A stretch of 52,478 nt of DNA from an uncultured Dehalococcoidaceae bacterium. GTDB lineage: Bacteria > Chloroflexota > Dehalococcoidia > Dehalococcoidales > RBG-16-60-22. The stretch covers positions 1 through 52,478 of the forward strand of contig CAZPSP010000001.1 of the NCBI GenBank assembly GCA_964589285.1. Reading direction: 5' to 3'. The translations under genes were made by a program, and so were the position numbers. Each line of letters opens with the position of its first letter. Within the stretch, counting starts at the first letter, position 1. Positions 35,986-45,105 of the stretch are shown here, in pieces. Under the pieces are notes generated by a model. It made no database searches. It was not told the DNA's origin and saw nothing but the letters and a program-made list of their open reading frames with translations.

Positions 35986-36017
35986 TTTTTCAACCGGCAG
36001 AAGGGAGACGTTGTACG

Positions 36018-37517
36018 ATGAGCACTGGCAAAGGTACCACGGCGAACATAGCTATCGATATCCCGCCGCCTTCCATCTCGGGCCGGGACATCAAGAAAAC
36101 CATTGAAGCGGACGTTGTGGTGGTCGGCGCCGGGGTTTCGGGATTGACCGCGGCATTATCAGCCGCCGAATCAGGCGCCCGTGTGATATTGCTGGAAAAA
36201 GGTGACACATACCATTTCCGCGGTCTGCACAACGCCGCCCTGAGCAGCCGTCTTCAGAAACAGAACAGCGTGGAAATCGACCGCGACAGGGTCATGTACA
36301 CGATCATGGAATTTGCCGCTTATCGCAACGACCAGAGGCTCGTGAAAACCTGGGCGGACAACTGCGATAGTGTCATGGACTGGCTGCTGGATATGGCGGA
36401 AGCCGCCGGTAATGAAGTGATCCTCGATACCACCACCAAGCCCTGGTACTTCCCCAACTACCCGATCATCCATGTGTTCCGGCCCAAGCAGCAGGAAACG
36501 CTGGTCTCAATGCTGTTACAGAACGCGGAAAGCCGGGGGGCCGAGGTGTGGTGGAAAACGCCCGGTGTCCGTCTTCTCCGGGAAGGCCAAGGCCGCGTGA
36601 CCGGCATCATCGCCCGGGATGCTTCGGGGGACTATCTGCAGTTCAACGCGCGGCGGGGCGTTGTTCTCTGCACCGGAGATTACGGGCATAACCGGCAACT
36701 GGTCGAATGGTTTCTGCCGGAAATAACTCACGACCTGAGAATCGTCTATGAACCGGATGTCAACACCGGGGACGGCCATCTCATGGGCCTGTGGGCCGGC
36801 GCCGCCATAGACGACGCCCCCCACTGCGCGATGCTCTGGGACTTCGCTCATTTCAGCGACACGGGTCTCTTCAACCTGGCCCGGCAGCCCTGGCTTTATG
36901 TCAACACCAATGGTGAGAGGTTCATGAATGAGGACCTCCCTTACGGCTACGAGTGCAACCAGATGCTCCAGCAGCCGGAGCGGCACGCCTGGGCGGTCTG
37001 GGATGCCAAGTATGATGATGAATGGCCGAAAATGCAAAGCCAGTGCTGCAAGAACATGGGACCCCCTACCTATCTCTGGAACCCCCGGCAGCTTGAAGAA
37101 GCTCTCGAAAAAGGTAACGTGGTTACTGCCCCTTCCATTCCTGAACTGGCAGCAAGGATGAACGTTCCCGCCGATGCCTTCCAGGCGACCGTGGACCGTT
37201 ACAATGAACTTGCCCGCGGAAACTACGATGCGGATTTCGGCAAGCACCCCAGCCGCCTGACGACCCTTGAAAAGCCTTTGTACTACGCAACCATCATGCA
37301 GGTCCGCCGGATGGTGATACTGAGCGGTCTCAAAATCAATACCCGGATGCAGGTCATGGACACCGGCCGGATGCCCATTCCCGGTCTTTTCGCGGCGGGG
37401 AATACCTCCGGCGGGTTCTTTGCCAATGCCTACCCGACGACCGTTCCGGGACTGACCCACAGCCGGGCGTGGACGTTCGGCCGGTTAGCGGGGCAAAACG
37501 CGGCCGCCGGTATTTAG
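36018..37517 (+). CDS. FAD-dependent oxidoreductase (fumarate reductase/succinate dehydrogenase flavoprotein-like, FAD_binding_2)
   Basis: Dinucleotide-binding motif DVVVVGAGVSGLTAALSAAESGARVILLEK and a C-terminal GLFAAGN motif. 499 aa. Confidence 0.85.
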   Translation: MSTGKGTTANIAIDIPPPSISGRDIKKTIEADVVVVGAGVSGLTAALSAAESGARVILLEKGDTYHFRGLHNAALSSRLQKQNSVEIDRDRVMYTIMEFAAYRNDQRLVKTWADNCDSVMDWLLDMAEAAGNEVILDTTTKPWYFPNYPIIHVFRPKQQETLVSMLLQNAESRGAEVWWKTPGVRLLREGQGRVTGIIARDASGDYLQFNARRGVVLCTGDYGHNRQLVEWFLPEITHDLRIVYEPDVNTGDGHLMGLWAGAAIDDAPHCAMLWDFAHFSDTGLFNLARQPWLYVNTNGERFMNEDLPYGYECNQMLQQPERHAWAVWDAKYDDEWPKMQSQCCKNMGPPTYLWNPRQLEEALEKGNVVTAPSIPELAARMNVPADAFQATVDRYNELARGNYDADFGKHPSRLTTLEKPLYYATIMQVRRMVILSGLKINTRMQVMDTGRMPIPGLFAAGNTSGGFFANAYPTTVPGLTHSRAWTFGRLAGQNAAAGI

Positions 37518-37527
37518 TTACCGGGTT

Positions 37528-38556
37528 TCAGGAAACTCGGAAGAGGATTTTAAGGTTGTTTTCCTTGTCCGTGAGGAGTTGTCCGAAGGCGGCTCCGGCC
37601 TTTTCATCGAACGGGACGATGGAAGAGATCAATCCTTCCGGTTTTAGCCGCCCGTCTTCCAGCATGGCGATGACGGCTTCGGCTTCCCGCACGTAGATGG
37701 AACTGCCCTTGATGTTCTTTTCACCGAGCGGGACCTCGCCGAAGTTGAACTGTCCTGCTTTCTCGAACAGTCCGACGATGACCGTGGTGCCGTCATGCCG
37801 GATTGCATCGACCGCCAGTTGCGCCGCCTGGTTATTACCGACGCTTTCAAAGCTGACATCTGCGCCGATCCCACTGGTGCGTTCCCGTATCGCGGCAACG
37901 GGATCAGCAGTATTACTGATGACGCTCGTCGCGCCCATCTCCACGGCTTTAGCGGCCCTCTTCTCGTGTTTGGAGACTACATAAACAGCCGCGGCCCCGG
38001 CCGCCCGCGCCGCCATGACCAGGCACAGCCCGATGGTCCCGTCCCCGATGACGGCAACGGTATCTCCCGCCTGGACGTTTCCCCGTTTGACCGCGTGAAC
38101 GGCCACGGAGAGCGGTTCCACCAGGCTGCCCGCCTCGTCGCTGACCGTATCAGGGAGCTTGAAGCAGGAATAGTCCGGCGTGACCAGGTATTCCGCCATG
38201 CAGCCGTCCACCGTCAGCCCGGTGAAACCCTGGTTGTAGCAGATGTTGTACTGCATCCTTTTACAGCAGTAACACTCGCCGCAGTAGCGGTATCCCAGGC
38301 CGGTCACGCGGTCGCCGGGCCTGAAAGCGGTCACGCCTTCCCCGGTCTCGGTCACCACTCCCGAGAATTCATGTCCGAGCGTGATAGACCTCGTATCAGG
38401 CGGCAGCATGTACGGTCCCACTGCGTATTCCCGCAGGTCCGTGCCGCAGATGCCCGCATAGACAATCTTGACCTTGACCTCTCCGGCGCCCGGGACCGGC
38501 TCCGGAACGTCTTCAAACCGCAGGTCTTTGGCCCCGTGCCATCTCAGCGCTTTCAT
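37528..38556 (-). CDS. zinc-dependent alcohol dehydrogenase (MDR family, sorbitol/butanediol dehydrogenase-like)
   Basis: The track ORF was trimmed to the ATG at 38556, which has a GGAGG SD. Motifs: GICGTD, GHEFSG, the structural-Zn Cys cluster CGECYCCKRMQYNIC, and the NAD motif VIGDGTIG. Confidence 0.88.
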   Translation of the reverse strand: MKALRWHGAKDLRFEDVPEPVPGAGEVKVKIVYAGICGTDLREYAVGPYMLPPDTRSITLGHEFSGVVTETGEGVTAFRPGDRVTGLGYRYCGECYCCKRMQYNICYNQGFTGLTVDGCMAEYLVTPDYSCFKLPDTVSDEAGSLVEPLSVAVHAVKRGNVQAGDTVAVIGDGTIGLCLVMAARAAGAAAVYVVSKHEKRAAKAVEMGATSVISNTADPVAAIRERTSGIGADVSFESVGNNQAAQLAVDAIRHDGTTVIVGLFEKAGQFNFGEVPLGEKNIKGSSIYVREAEAVIAMLEDGRLKPEGLISSIVPFDEKAGAAFGQLLTDKENNLKILFRVS

Positions 38557-38587
38557 ATTATTTATTCCTCCGAGTAATGCCCCCGGA

Positions 38588-39364
38588 TTACCGGGTGATG
38601 TAGCCGCCGTCGATGACCAGTTCACTGCCCGTAGTGAATTTGGATTCATCCGAGGCCAGGTACAGAACGCCGTAAGCCACGTCCTGCGGTTCCCCGAAGT
38701 GCGCCAGCGGGATGTTCTTCAGGAATTCCCTGTTGAATTCTTCCTGACCTTGAGGAGACTTCTTGCCCACCTCGTCCAGCATCGGCGTCCAGATCCAGCC
38801 GGGGTGGATGGAATTGACGCGTATCCCCTGCTTTGCGTAGCACATGGCGTCGGACTTGGTCATCAGCCGTACCGCGCCCTTGGCGGCGTGATAGCAGAAC
38901 GGGGGCGGATCATCGATTCCGCCCACGATACCGTAGACCGAGGAAATATTCACGATGCTCCCGCCATGCTCAACCATGAACGGGACAACGTGCTTGGTGC
39001 AGAGGAAGACCCCTTTGGCGTCGACGCCCAGGACCTGCTCCCATTCCTCCACCGTCACCTCGTGGGTAGGCTTCAGAGGCCCGCTGATGCCGGCGTTATT
39101 CACCAGGATGTCAATGCGGCCGAACTTCTTCCCAATCGCGCCGCAGACCCGGCTGACTTCGGTTTCATCGGATACGTTCATGTGGTAATAGTATGCCTCG
39201 CCGCCGCCGGCGTTGATTTCTTTCGCGGTCTCTTCGCCCTGCTTGTCCTGGATATCGACGATATTGACCTTCGCTCCTTCCCGGGCGAGCAGCATGCTGG
39301 TTGCCTTCCCCAGTCCCGCCGATCCTCCGGTGACGATGGCTACCTTGTCCTGGACTCTTCCCAT
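38588..39364 (-). CDS. SDR family oxidoreductase (FabG-like)
   Basis: Motifs VAIVTGGSAGLGKA and NNAG, and the catalytic YHAAK. 258 aa. Confidence 0.9.
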   Translation of the reverse strand: MGRVQDKVAIVTGGSAGLGKATSMLLAREGAKVNIVDIQDKQGEETAKEINAGGGEAYYYHMNVSDETEVSRVCGAIGKKFGRIDILVNNAGISGPLKPTHEVTVEEWEQVLGVDAKGVFLCTKHVVPFMVEHGGSIVNISSVYGIVGGIDDPPPFCYHAAKGAVRLMTKSDAMCYAKQGIRVNSIHPGWIWTPMLDEVGKKSPQGQEEFNREFLKNIPLAHFGEPQDVAYGVLYLASDESKFTTGSELVIDGGYITR

Positions 39365-39489
39365 GATCGTCCTCCTTTCCGGTTATAATCCGGTCTTTTC
39401 AGTCCTGATGATTATATACCATGAGAACGCGAAACTCTATCATAGGACCGTCAGGGCAGGGACTGAGAGAGTGCACTCAAGCCACACCA

Positions 39490-39518
39490 TTTACAGACGC
39501 GGGTGTAGATGCTAAAAT
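39490..39518 (+). promoter_or_regulatory. candidate promoter TTTACA-17 nt-TGcTAAAAT for the Mo-hydroxylase operon
   Basis: -35 at 39490-39495 and an extended -10 at 39510-39518, about 80 nt upstream of the ATG at 39598. Confidence 0.45.
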
Positions 39519-39597
39519 GACGCAAATCTAAGGATCGATATTGGTGCGGTGGTTAACAGATTATACGAACTTTCAATCTAACAGTAAGGTGACCGAC

Positions 39598-40113
39598 ATG
39601 ACACAGGAAGCAATACTGGCGGAACTGGTTGAAGACAGGACCATCACCCTCACCGTCAACGGAGACGTTTATGAGGTGAACGTCCAGGCAAACTGGACGC
39701 TGGACTATGTACTCCGGGACAGGCTGGGGATGACCGGGACCAAGGAATTCTGCGGGCAGGGCGCCTGCGGGGCCTGCGCCGTCAATATCGGCGGAAGAGC
39801 AATCCTGTCCTGCATGACGCTGGCCATCGAGTGCGACGGTAAATCCATCGAGACGGTGGAAGGCATAGCCCGGACGAAACACCCGCTCATCGAAGCTTAT
39901 GTCAACCACCACTGCATGCAGTGTGGGTTCTGCACGCCCGGCTTCATCGTCACCGCCAAGTCACTGCTCGACAAGAACCCGGACCCCACCGTGGATGAGA
40001 TCAAAGAAGCCCTTGTCGGCAACCTCTGCCGGTGCGGCACCTACCCCCAGCACATCAAGGCCGTCCAGGACGCATCCCGGACACTCATGGAGGAAAAAAG
40101 CCATGAAAAATGA
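39598..40113 (+). CDS. (2Fe-2S)-binding small subunit of a xanthine dehydrogenase/aldehyde oxidase-family molybdoenzyme (CoxS-like)
   Basis: The track ORF was trimmed to the ATG at 39598, which has an AAGGTGA SD. Cluster motifs: CGQGACGACAV and CMQCGFCTPG...CRCGTY. Confidence 0.9.
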   Translation: MTQEAILAELVEDRTITLTVNGDVYEVNVQANWTLDYVLRDRLGMTGTKEFCGQGACGACAVNIGGRAILSCMTLAIECDGKSIETVEGIARTKHPLIEAYVNHHCMQCGFCTPGFIVTAKSLLDKNPDPTVDEIKEALVGNLCRCGTYPQHIKAVQDASRTLMEEKSHEK

Positions 40114-42562
40114 AGAATATTCCCGGATGCTGGGATCGTTCGATAACCTTAAAGCAGACCCGTATCCGCTCAAGGAATACAATGTCATCGGCAAGCCCGG
40201 CGTACGGCGCATCGACGGTATCGAGAAGGCCACCGGGGCCGCCAAATACACCATCGACGTCAAGCTCCCCGGCATGCTATACGGAAGGTTCCTCACCTCT
40301 CCCTACCCTCATGCTGAAATAGTCAGCATGGACACAGGCCGAGCGGAAAAACTGCCGGGCGTGAGGGCAATTCTGCGTTATGACGACCCGGAACTGCCGG
40401 AAGAAGCCTCGCTGGGCGGTCACGAGCCTTTCCCAACCGCCGTCCTGCCCGGTATCGCCCACTTCCAGGGAGAAGAGGTTGGGGCGTTCGTCGTCGCGGA
40501 GAGCGAAGAAATCGCCGAGGAAGCCCTGAAGCAGATAAGGGTTGAATGGAACATCCGGCCGTTTGTGCTCGACCCCGAGGAAGCCGCCCGGCCCGGAGCG
40601 CCGGTCTCCAATCCGGAGGCCCGTCCCGGCTCCAACACCGACACGGAAAACATCGTCATCGAAAAGCTTGGCGACGTGGAACAAGGGTTCGCCGAAGCTG
40701 ATAAAATCATCGAGTTCGAGTTTAAAAAAGGCCTCGATACCTGGATAGGCCCGGAAGTCCCCTGTGGAGTCTTCCGCTGGAACGGCGACCATGCCGAGGT
40801 CTGGCTGAAGCAGCAGCGACCGCATATCTCCAAGCGCCACATAGCTAGCTGGTACGGCGGCATTCCCATGAACAAGATCGATATTCACATGCTGTACCAG
40901 GGGGCCAGCTTCGGGGGGTGGAGCCAGGCGGCCTGGAACCTCGGCGGAACTTATTGCGCCGGCCTGGTGGCGAAACGTCTGGGACGGCCGGTGAAATGGA
41001 CGTTCAGCCGGCGGGAAGACTTTTTCGGCGGCGAGATGGACGAGGGCGTCTACCGCTACAAAGTGGGTGTCAAGAATGACGGTACCATCACCGCGGTTTA
41101 CGCTCATTCGCTGGTCACCAACCAGGCCCTGCCGGTCTTCGGTATCGTCCGCCACATCATGGAGAACACGAAGATACCCAACCTCTACGGCAAGTCCGAA
41201 GGGGTGCTGATCAACACGGGCCCGAACCTCGCCACCCGCTGCGAGATGAACTCCAACTGCCACAGCATGACGCAGGTGTTCGCCCGCGCCGCCGAGGCGG
41301 TCGGCATGGACCCAACGGAAGTAGCCCTGAAGAACGACGGCGCGGAAGGCCATGACATGGAGTGGCTGAATAAAAGGAAAGCCGAGATGGGCTTCGAGGT
41401 GCGGGACAGCCTGCGGGAATGCATCGAGAAAGGCAAGGCGGCCATCGGCTGGGACGAAAAATGGCACCTTCCCGGTACGAAAAAGCTGCCCAACGGCAAG
41501 ATGCATGGGCTCGGTTTCAACTGGTCTCACGAATGGGACGATTCCGGCGGTACGGCGGAAATCGCCATCTACCTGGAGCGCAACGATGCCACCGCTACCA
41601 TTTTGGGCTGCCGCTGCGATTGCGGCGTCAACGCCGAGACGGCCTACTGCCAGATAGCCGCGGACGAACTCGGCCTGCGCATCGAAGACGTCCGGTACAA
41701 GGGCCAGATAGACGCCGGTTTCTTCGCCATGACGCCGGACACCTCCACCAACATGTCCGTCAACGGAGCGGCGGTCAGGCATTGCGCCCGGCTCCTCAAG
41801 CAGAAGATACTGGCGCTGGCCGTGGAACCGCGGGGAAAAACACAATTGAACGAGTTCCCGCCCGCCTTTCCCGGCAAGAAGCCGGAGGAACTGGACATCA
41901 GGGACAGCGTAATATTTGAGATTGCCGATCCTGCCAACCGCATGACCCTCGCTGAATTCATCGGGCCGAGCGGGGCCATGGGGCCGTTCGACCCGCGGAC
42001 CGGGGAACCGGTCTGGGCCGCGAAGGAAGGCGTCAATTACCCGGTCAAGTTCACGCCGCCCCTCTTCGAGCACGCCTGGCATATCCAGCGCGGCACGTAC
42101 CTGGGCGTGCGGCTCCGTCTCTGCCGCCAGGCCCATTTCATGGAGGTGGAAGTCGATACCGAGACCGGTGAGATCGACGTCAAGCACATCGTCAACGTCA
42201 ACGATGTCGGGAAAGCGATCAGCATCGAAGGCTGCCACGGGCAGCAGTACGGCGGGGCCATCATGGGGCTGGGGCGCGGATTTACGGAAGACGTCATCCA
42301 CGACCCCAACACCGGCGTCATCCTCAATGGCAACCTGCTCAATTACAAGATACCGACGATGATGGACGTCGGGCCGATCGATACCATCCTCGTTGAGACC
42401 GGCATGGGGTACGGGCCCTACGGCGTCGTGGGCATCGGCGAAGATGTTGCCACCATTCTGCCGACGCTTATCGGGGTTGCCGTCCACAACGCTACCGGCA
42501 AATGGGTTGACCGCTACCCGGTCACGCCGGACGTTGTCCTGAGGGCACTGGGAAAAGCCTGA
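40103..42562 (+). CDS. molybdopterin-binding large subunit of a xanthine dehydrogenase-family enzyme (CoxL-like)
   Basis: The true start is taken as the ATG at 40103 (MKNEEYSRM), with a GGAGGA SD 8 nt upstream and an 11-nt overlap with the small-subunit gene. It has an a/b-hammerhead N-terminus (GKPGVRRIDGIEKATGAAKY) and a C-terminal GIGEDV motif. Confidence 0.9.
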   Translation: MKNEEYSRMLGSFDNLKADPYPLKEYNVIGKPGVRRIDGIEKATGAAKYTIDVKLPGMLYGRFLTSPYPHAEIVSMDTGRAEKLPGVRAILRYDDPELPEEASLGGHEPFPTAVLPGIAHFQGEEVGAFVVAESEEIAEEALKQIRVEWNIRPFVLDPEEAARPGAPVSNPEARPGSNTDTENIVIEKLGDVEQGFAEADKIIEFEFKKGLDTWIGPEVPCGVFRWNGDHAEVWLKQQRPHISKRHIASWYGGIPMNKIDIHMLYQGASFGGWSQAAWNLGGTYCAGLVAKRLGRPVKWTFSRREDFFGGEMDEGVYRYKVGVKNDGTITAVYAHSLVTNQALPVFGIVRHIMENTKIPNLYGKSEGVLINTGPNLATRCEMNSNCHSMTQVFARAAEAVGMDPTEVALKNDGAEGHDMEWLNKRKAEMGFEVRDSLRECIEKGKAAIGWDEKWHLPGTKKLPNGKMHGLGFNWSHEWDDSGGTAEIAIYLERNDATATILGCRCDCGVNAETAYCQIAADELGLRIEDVRYKGQIDAGFFAMTPDTSTNMSVNGAAVRHCARLLKQKILALAVEPRGKTQLNEFPPAFPGKKPEELDIRDSVIFEIADPANRMTLAEFIGPSGAMGPFDPRTGEPVWAAKEGVNYPVKFTPPLFEHAWHIQRGTYLGVRLRLCRQAHFMEVEVDTETGEIDVKHIVNVNDVGKAISIEGCHGQQYGGAIMGLGRGFTEDVIHDPNTGVILNGNLLNYKIPTMMDVGPIDTILVETGMGYGPYGVVGIGEDVATILPTLIGVAVHNATGKWVDRYPVTPDVVLRALGKA

Positions 42563-42593
42563 CTCGCCCATTTGTACCTGGGAGATTATAATC

Positions 42594-44930
42594 ATGAAAA
42601 AGTTTAAATACGCCGGCCCGGATTCACTGGAAAAGGCGGTCTCGATACTTGAAAAGTTCGGACGCAGGGCGAGGATCATCGCCGGCGGCACAGACCTCCT
42701 CGGAGAATTGAAGGACGCAGTACTCCCGAACTACCCGGAGGTCGTCGTTAATCTTAAGACAATCCCCGGACTGGACTACATCAGAGAAGAGAACGGCGTT
42801 CTCCATATCGGCGCCCTCACACGCCTGGAAGACATCACCACGAACGATTTGATACGCGAACGATACCCGCTTCTTTCCGAAGCTTCCCGCCGCACCGCCT
42901 CACCGCACATCCGGGAAATGGGCACCATTGCCGGGAACATCTGCCAGAGCAACCGATGCTGGTATTACTGGGTGGCGGACAACCGCTTCGATTGCCTGAG
43001 AAAGGGCGGTGCTACCTGCTTTGCCGTCAACGGAGACGCCCGCTACCATTCCATCTTCGGGAGCTCCCGCGTCGACCGCACCCCTTGCTCGGTGGAATGC
43101 CCGGCCGGCATCGATATCCCCGACTACATGGCGCGTATCCGGGCCAACGACATTGCCGGGGCGGCCCGGATTCTCATCGAGTCCAATCCCCTGCCCGCCA
43201 TCACCGGCCGGGTCTGTCCGCATTATTGCCAGGCGAAGTGCAACCGCGTTGGATATGACGAGTCCGTCTCCGTGCGGAACGTGGAACGGTTCCTCGGCGA
43301 TTACGTCCTTGAGAATCCGTCAATTTATTCCGAAAAGAAAACGGCTTCAGGTAAAAAGATCGCCGTCATCGGTTCCGGCCCGGCGGGGCTGGCGGCTGCT
43401 TTCTATTTGAACAGACTAGGCCACACCGTCACCGTTTATGAAAAAATGCCGGAAGCCGGCGGCCTCCTGACCTACGGCATCCCGCCTTACCGTCTGCCCA
43501 AGGACGTGGTGAACCGGCAGGTCTCGGTACTGGAGAAGGCAGGCATAAAATTTGAGTTGAATTCGACATTCGATGTCGATAAGCTTACACGCGAGCACGA
43601 TGCCGTATTCCTCGCCTGCGGAACCTGGAAAGACCGCCATTCCGGCATACCCGGCGAAGAACACCTGCTGTCCGGTCTTGACTTCCTGAAAAATGTCAAT
43701 ACCGGCAACCGCGCCGTCCCCGGTCAGAAGGTTGCGGTCATCGGCGGCGGGAACGTTGCCGTGGATGTCGCGCGGACACTGCTGCGGCTCGGGGCGGAAC
43801 CGGTCATGCTCTACCGGCGTACACTGGAGGAGATGCCCGCCCTCAGGGAAGAGGTAGAAAAGCTGGTCGAGGAGAACATCGAGGTACGTTTCCTGACCCT
43901 GCCCGTTTCGGCCGCGAAGAAGGACGGCAAGGTCGCCCTGACCTGCACGAAGATGCAGCTCGGCGCGCCGGACGAATCGGGCAGGCCGCGTCCCGAACCA
44001 GTCCCCGGTTCGGAGTTTACGCTGGAGTTCGACGCCGTCATGGAAGCCCTCGGCGAAGCAGCGGACCTTTCGATCGTTCCCGGTGAATACCTCGATGCAG
44101 GCAGCTTGAAAGTAGCTGACAACGGATCCATCGGCGGTAACATCTTTGCCGGCGGCGACTTCGTTACCGGACCTTCCACCGTGGTACAGTCTATCGCCTC
44201 CGGTCGTGAGGCCGCTAACAGCATTGACCGTTTCCTCGGCGGCAAGACGGAACCGCCCGAACCGAAATCCGCCTGGCGTGAACCCGATACTTTCGACAGC
44301 GCCTCTCTCGCCAAGACAACCGCCGCCGAAGCGCCGGAACTGCCGGCCGGACAACGAATCGCAAACCTCGATGTTGAGGACGCGGGCGGCCTGTTGCCGG
44401 ATGCCGTCGCCGCGGAAGCCAATCGCTGCTTCAACTGCGGCTGCGTGGCGGTCAATCCTTCCGACCTCGCTCCCGCCCTCATCGTACTTGAGGCACAGAT
44501 AAAGACCACGAAGAGGACCATTCAGGCGACGGAGTTTTTCACCGTTAACGGGGAAAAGACGACCGTCCTCGACGATGATGAAATCGTCATCGAGATCATC
44601 GTCCCGAAACCGGGACCCGGCGTTAAATGCAAATTCCTGAAATCCGCCATCCGCAAGTCCATCGATTTCCCGCTGGTCAACTGCGCCGCGGCGATAGAAA
44701 CGCAAAACGGTACCATCAAAAAAGCCCGGATATGCCTGAACTCGGTGTACACTATACCCTATCCGGTGAAAAAGGCGGAAGCTTACCTGGAAGGCAAAAG
44801 CATCGAAGAGCCGACCGCGGAGACCGCCGCTTACCTCATCACGGACGATGCCGTCCCGCTGCTCAACAACCGGTACAAGATACAGATTGCGCGGGCGCTG
44901 GTCAAGCGGGTCATCCTGGCCTGCGGTTGA
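42594..44930 (+). CDS. FAD-binding subunit (CoxM-like) with a nested GltD-like Fe-S/NAD(P)H oxidoreductase insertion
   Basis: 778 aa. Residues 1-155 are FAD_binding_5-like (IIAGGTDLL, TIAGNICQ). Residues 160-610 are GltD-like (CPAGIDIP...GRVCPHYCQAKC, KIAVIGSGPAGLAAAF, VAVIGGGNVAVD, AGGD). Residues 611-778 resume the FAD-binding fold (CVAVNPSDLAPALIVLEA) and the CO-dehydrogenase flavoprotein C-terminal-like domain. Confidence 0.85.
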   Translation: MKKFKYAGPDSLEKAVSILEKFGRRARIIAGGTDLLGELKDAVLPNYPEVVVNLKTIPGLDYIREENGVLHIGALTRLEDITTNDLIRERYPLLSEASRRTASPHIREMGTIAGNICQSNRCWYYWVADNRFDCLRKGGATCFAVNGDARYHSIFGSSRVDRTPCSVECPAGIDIPDYMARIRANDIAGAARILIESNPLPAITGRVCPHYCQAKCNRVGYDESVSVRNVERFLGDYVLENPSIYSEKKTASGKKIAVIGSGPAGLAAAFYLNRLGHTVTVYEKMPEAGGLLTYGIPPYRLPKDVVNRQVSVLEKAGIKFELNSTFDVDKLTREHDAVFLACGTWKDRHSGIPGEEHLLSGLDFLKNVNTGNRAVPGQKVAVIGGGNVAVDVARTLLRLGAEPVMLYRRTLEEMPALREEVEKLVEENIEVRFLTLPVSAAKKDGKVALTCTKMQLGAPDESGRPRPEPVPGSEFTLEFDAVMEALGEAADLSIVPGEYLDAGSLKVADNGSIGGNIFAGGDFVTGPSTVVQSIASGREAANSIDRFLGGKTEPPEPKSAWREPDTFDSASLAKTTAAEAPELPAGQRIANLDVEDAGGLLPDAVAAEANRCFNCGCVAVNPSDLAPALIVLEAQIKTTKRTIQATEFFTVNGEKTTVLDDDEIVIEIIVPKPGPGVKCKFLKSAIRKSIDFPLVNCAAAIETQNGTIKKARICLNSVYTIPYPVKKAEAYLEGKSIEEPTAETAAYLITDDAVPLLNNRYKIQIARALVKRVILACG

Positions 44931-45105
44931 AGGTTGTCTGTAAAAAGAGGAAACAACTATCGTCACAAGGTACCGGTGGGACCGGCGTCCCTGCCGGTCC
45001 GCGGGCACGGAGGCCCGCGCTACCGCTGTTTCGTGTCAAATCCATTGCGAATATGACCAATGAATTTTAACAGCCTCAGATTGAAAGGGCTCACAGAGGT
45101 TTCAA

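Noticed and set aside
40277-42691. 804-aa ORF on the minus strand spanning the whole Mo-hydroxylase large-subunit gene
   Set aside because: It is antisense to a gene with unmistakable family motifs. The translation is low-complexity and rich in R/G/D/V/P, which is typical of spurious antisense frames in GC-rich DNA. It has no SD. The same applies to 43416..45008 (530 aa) and 45418..46824 (468 aa).
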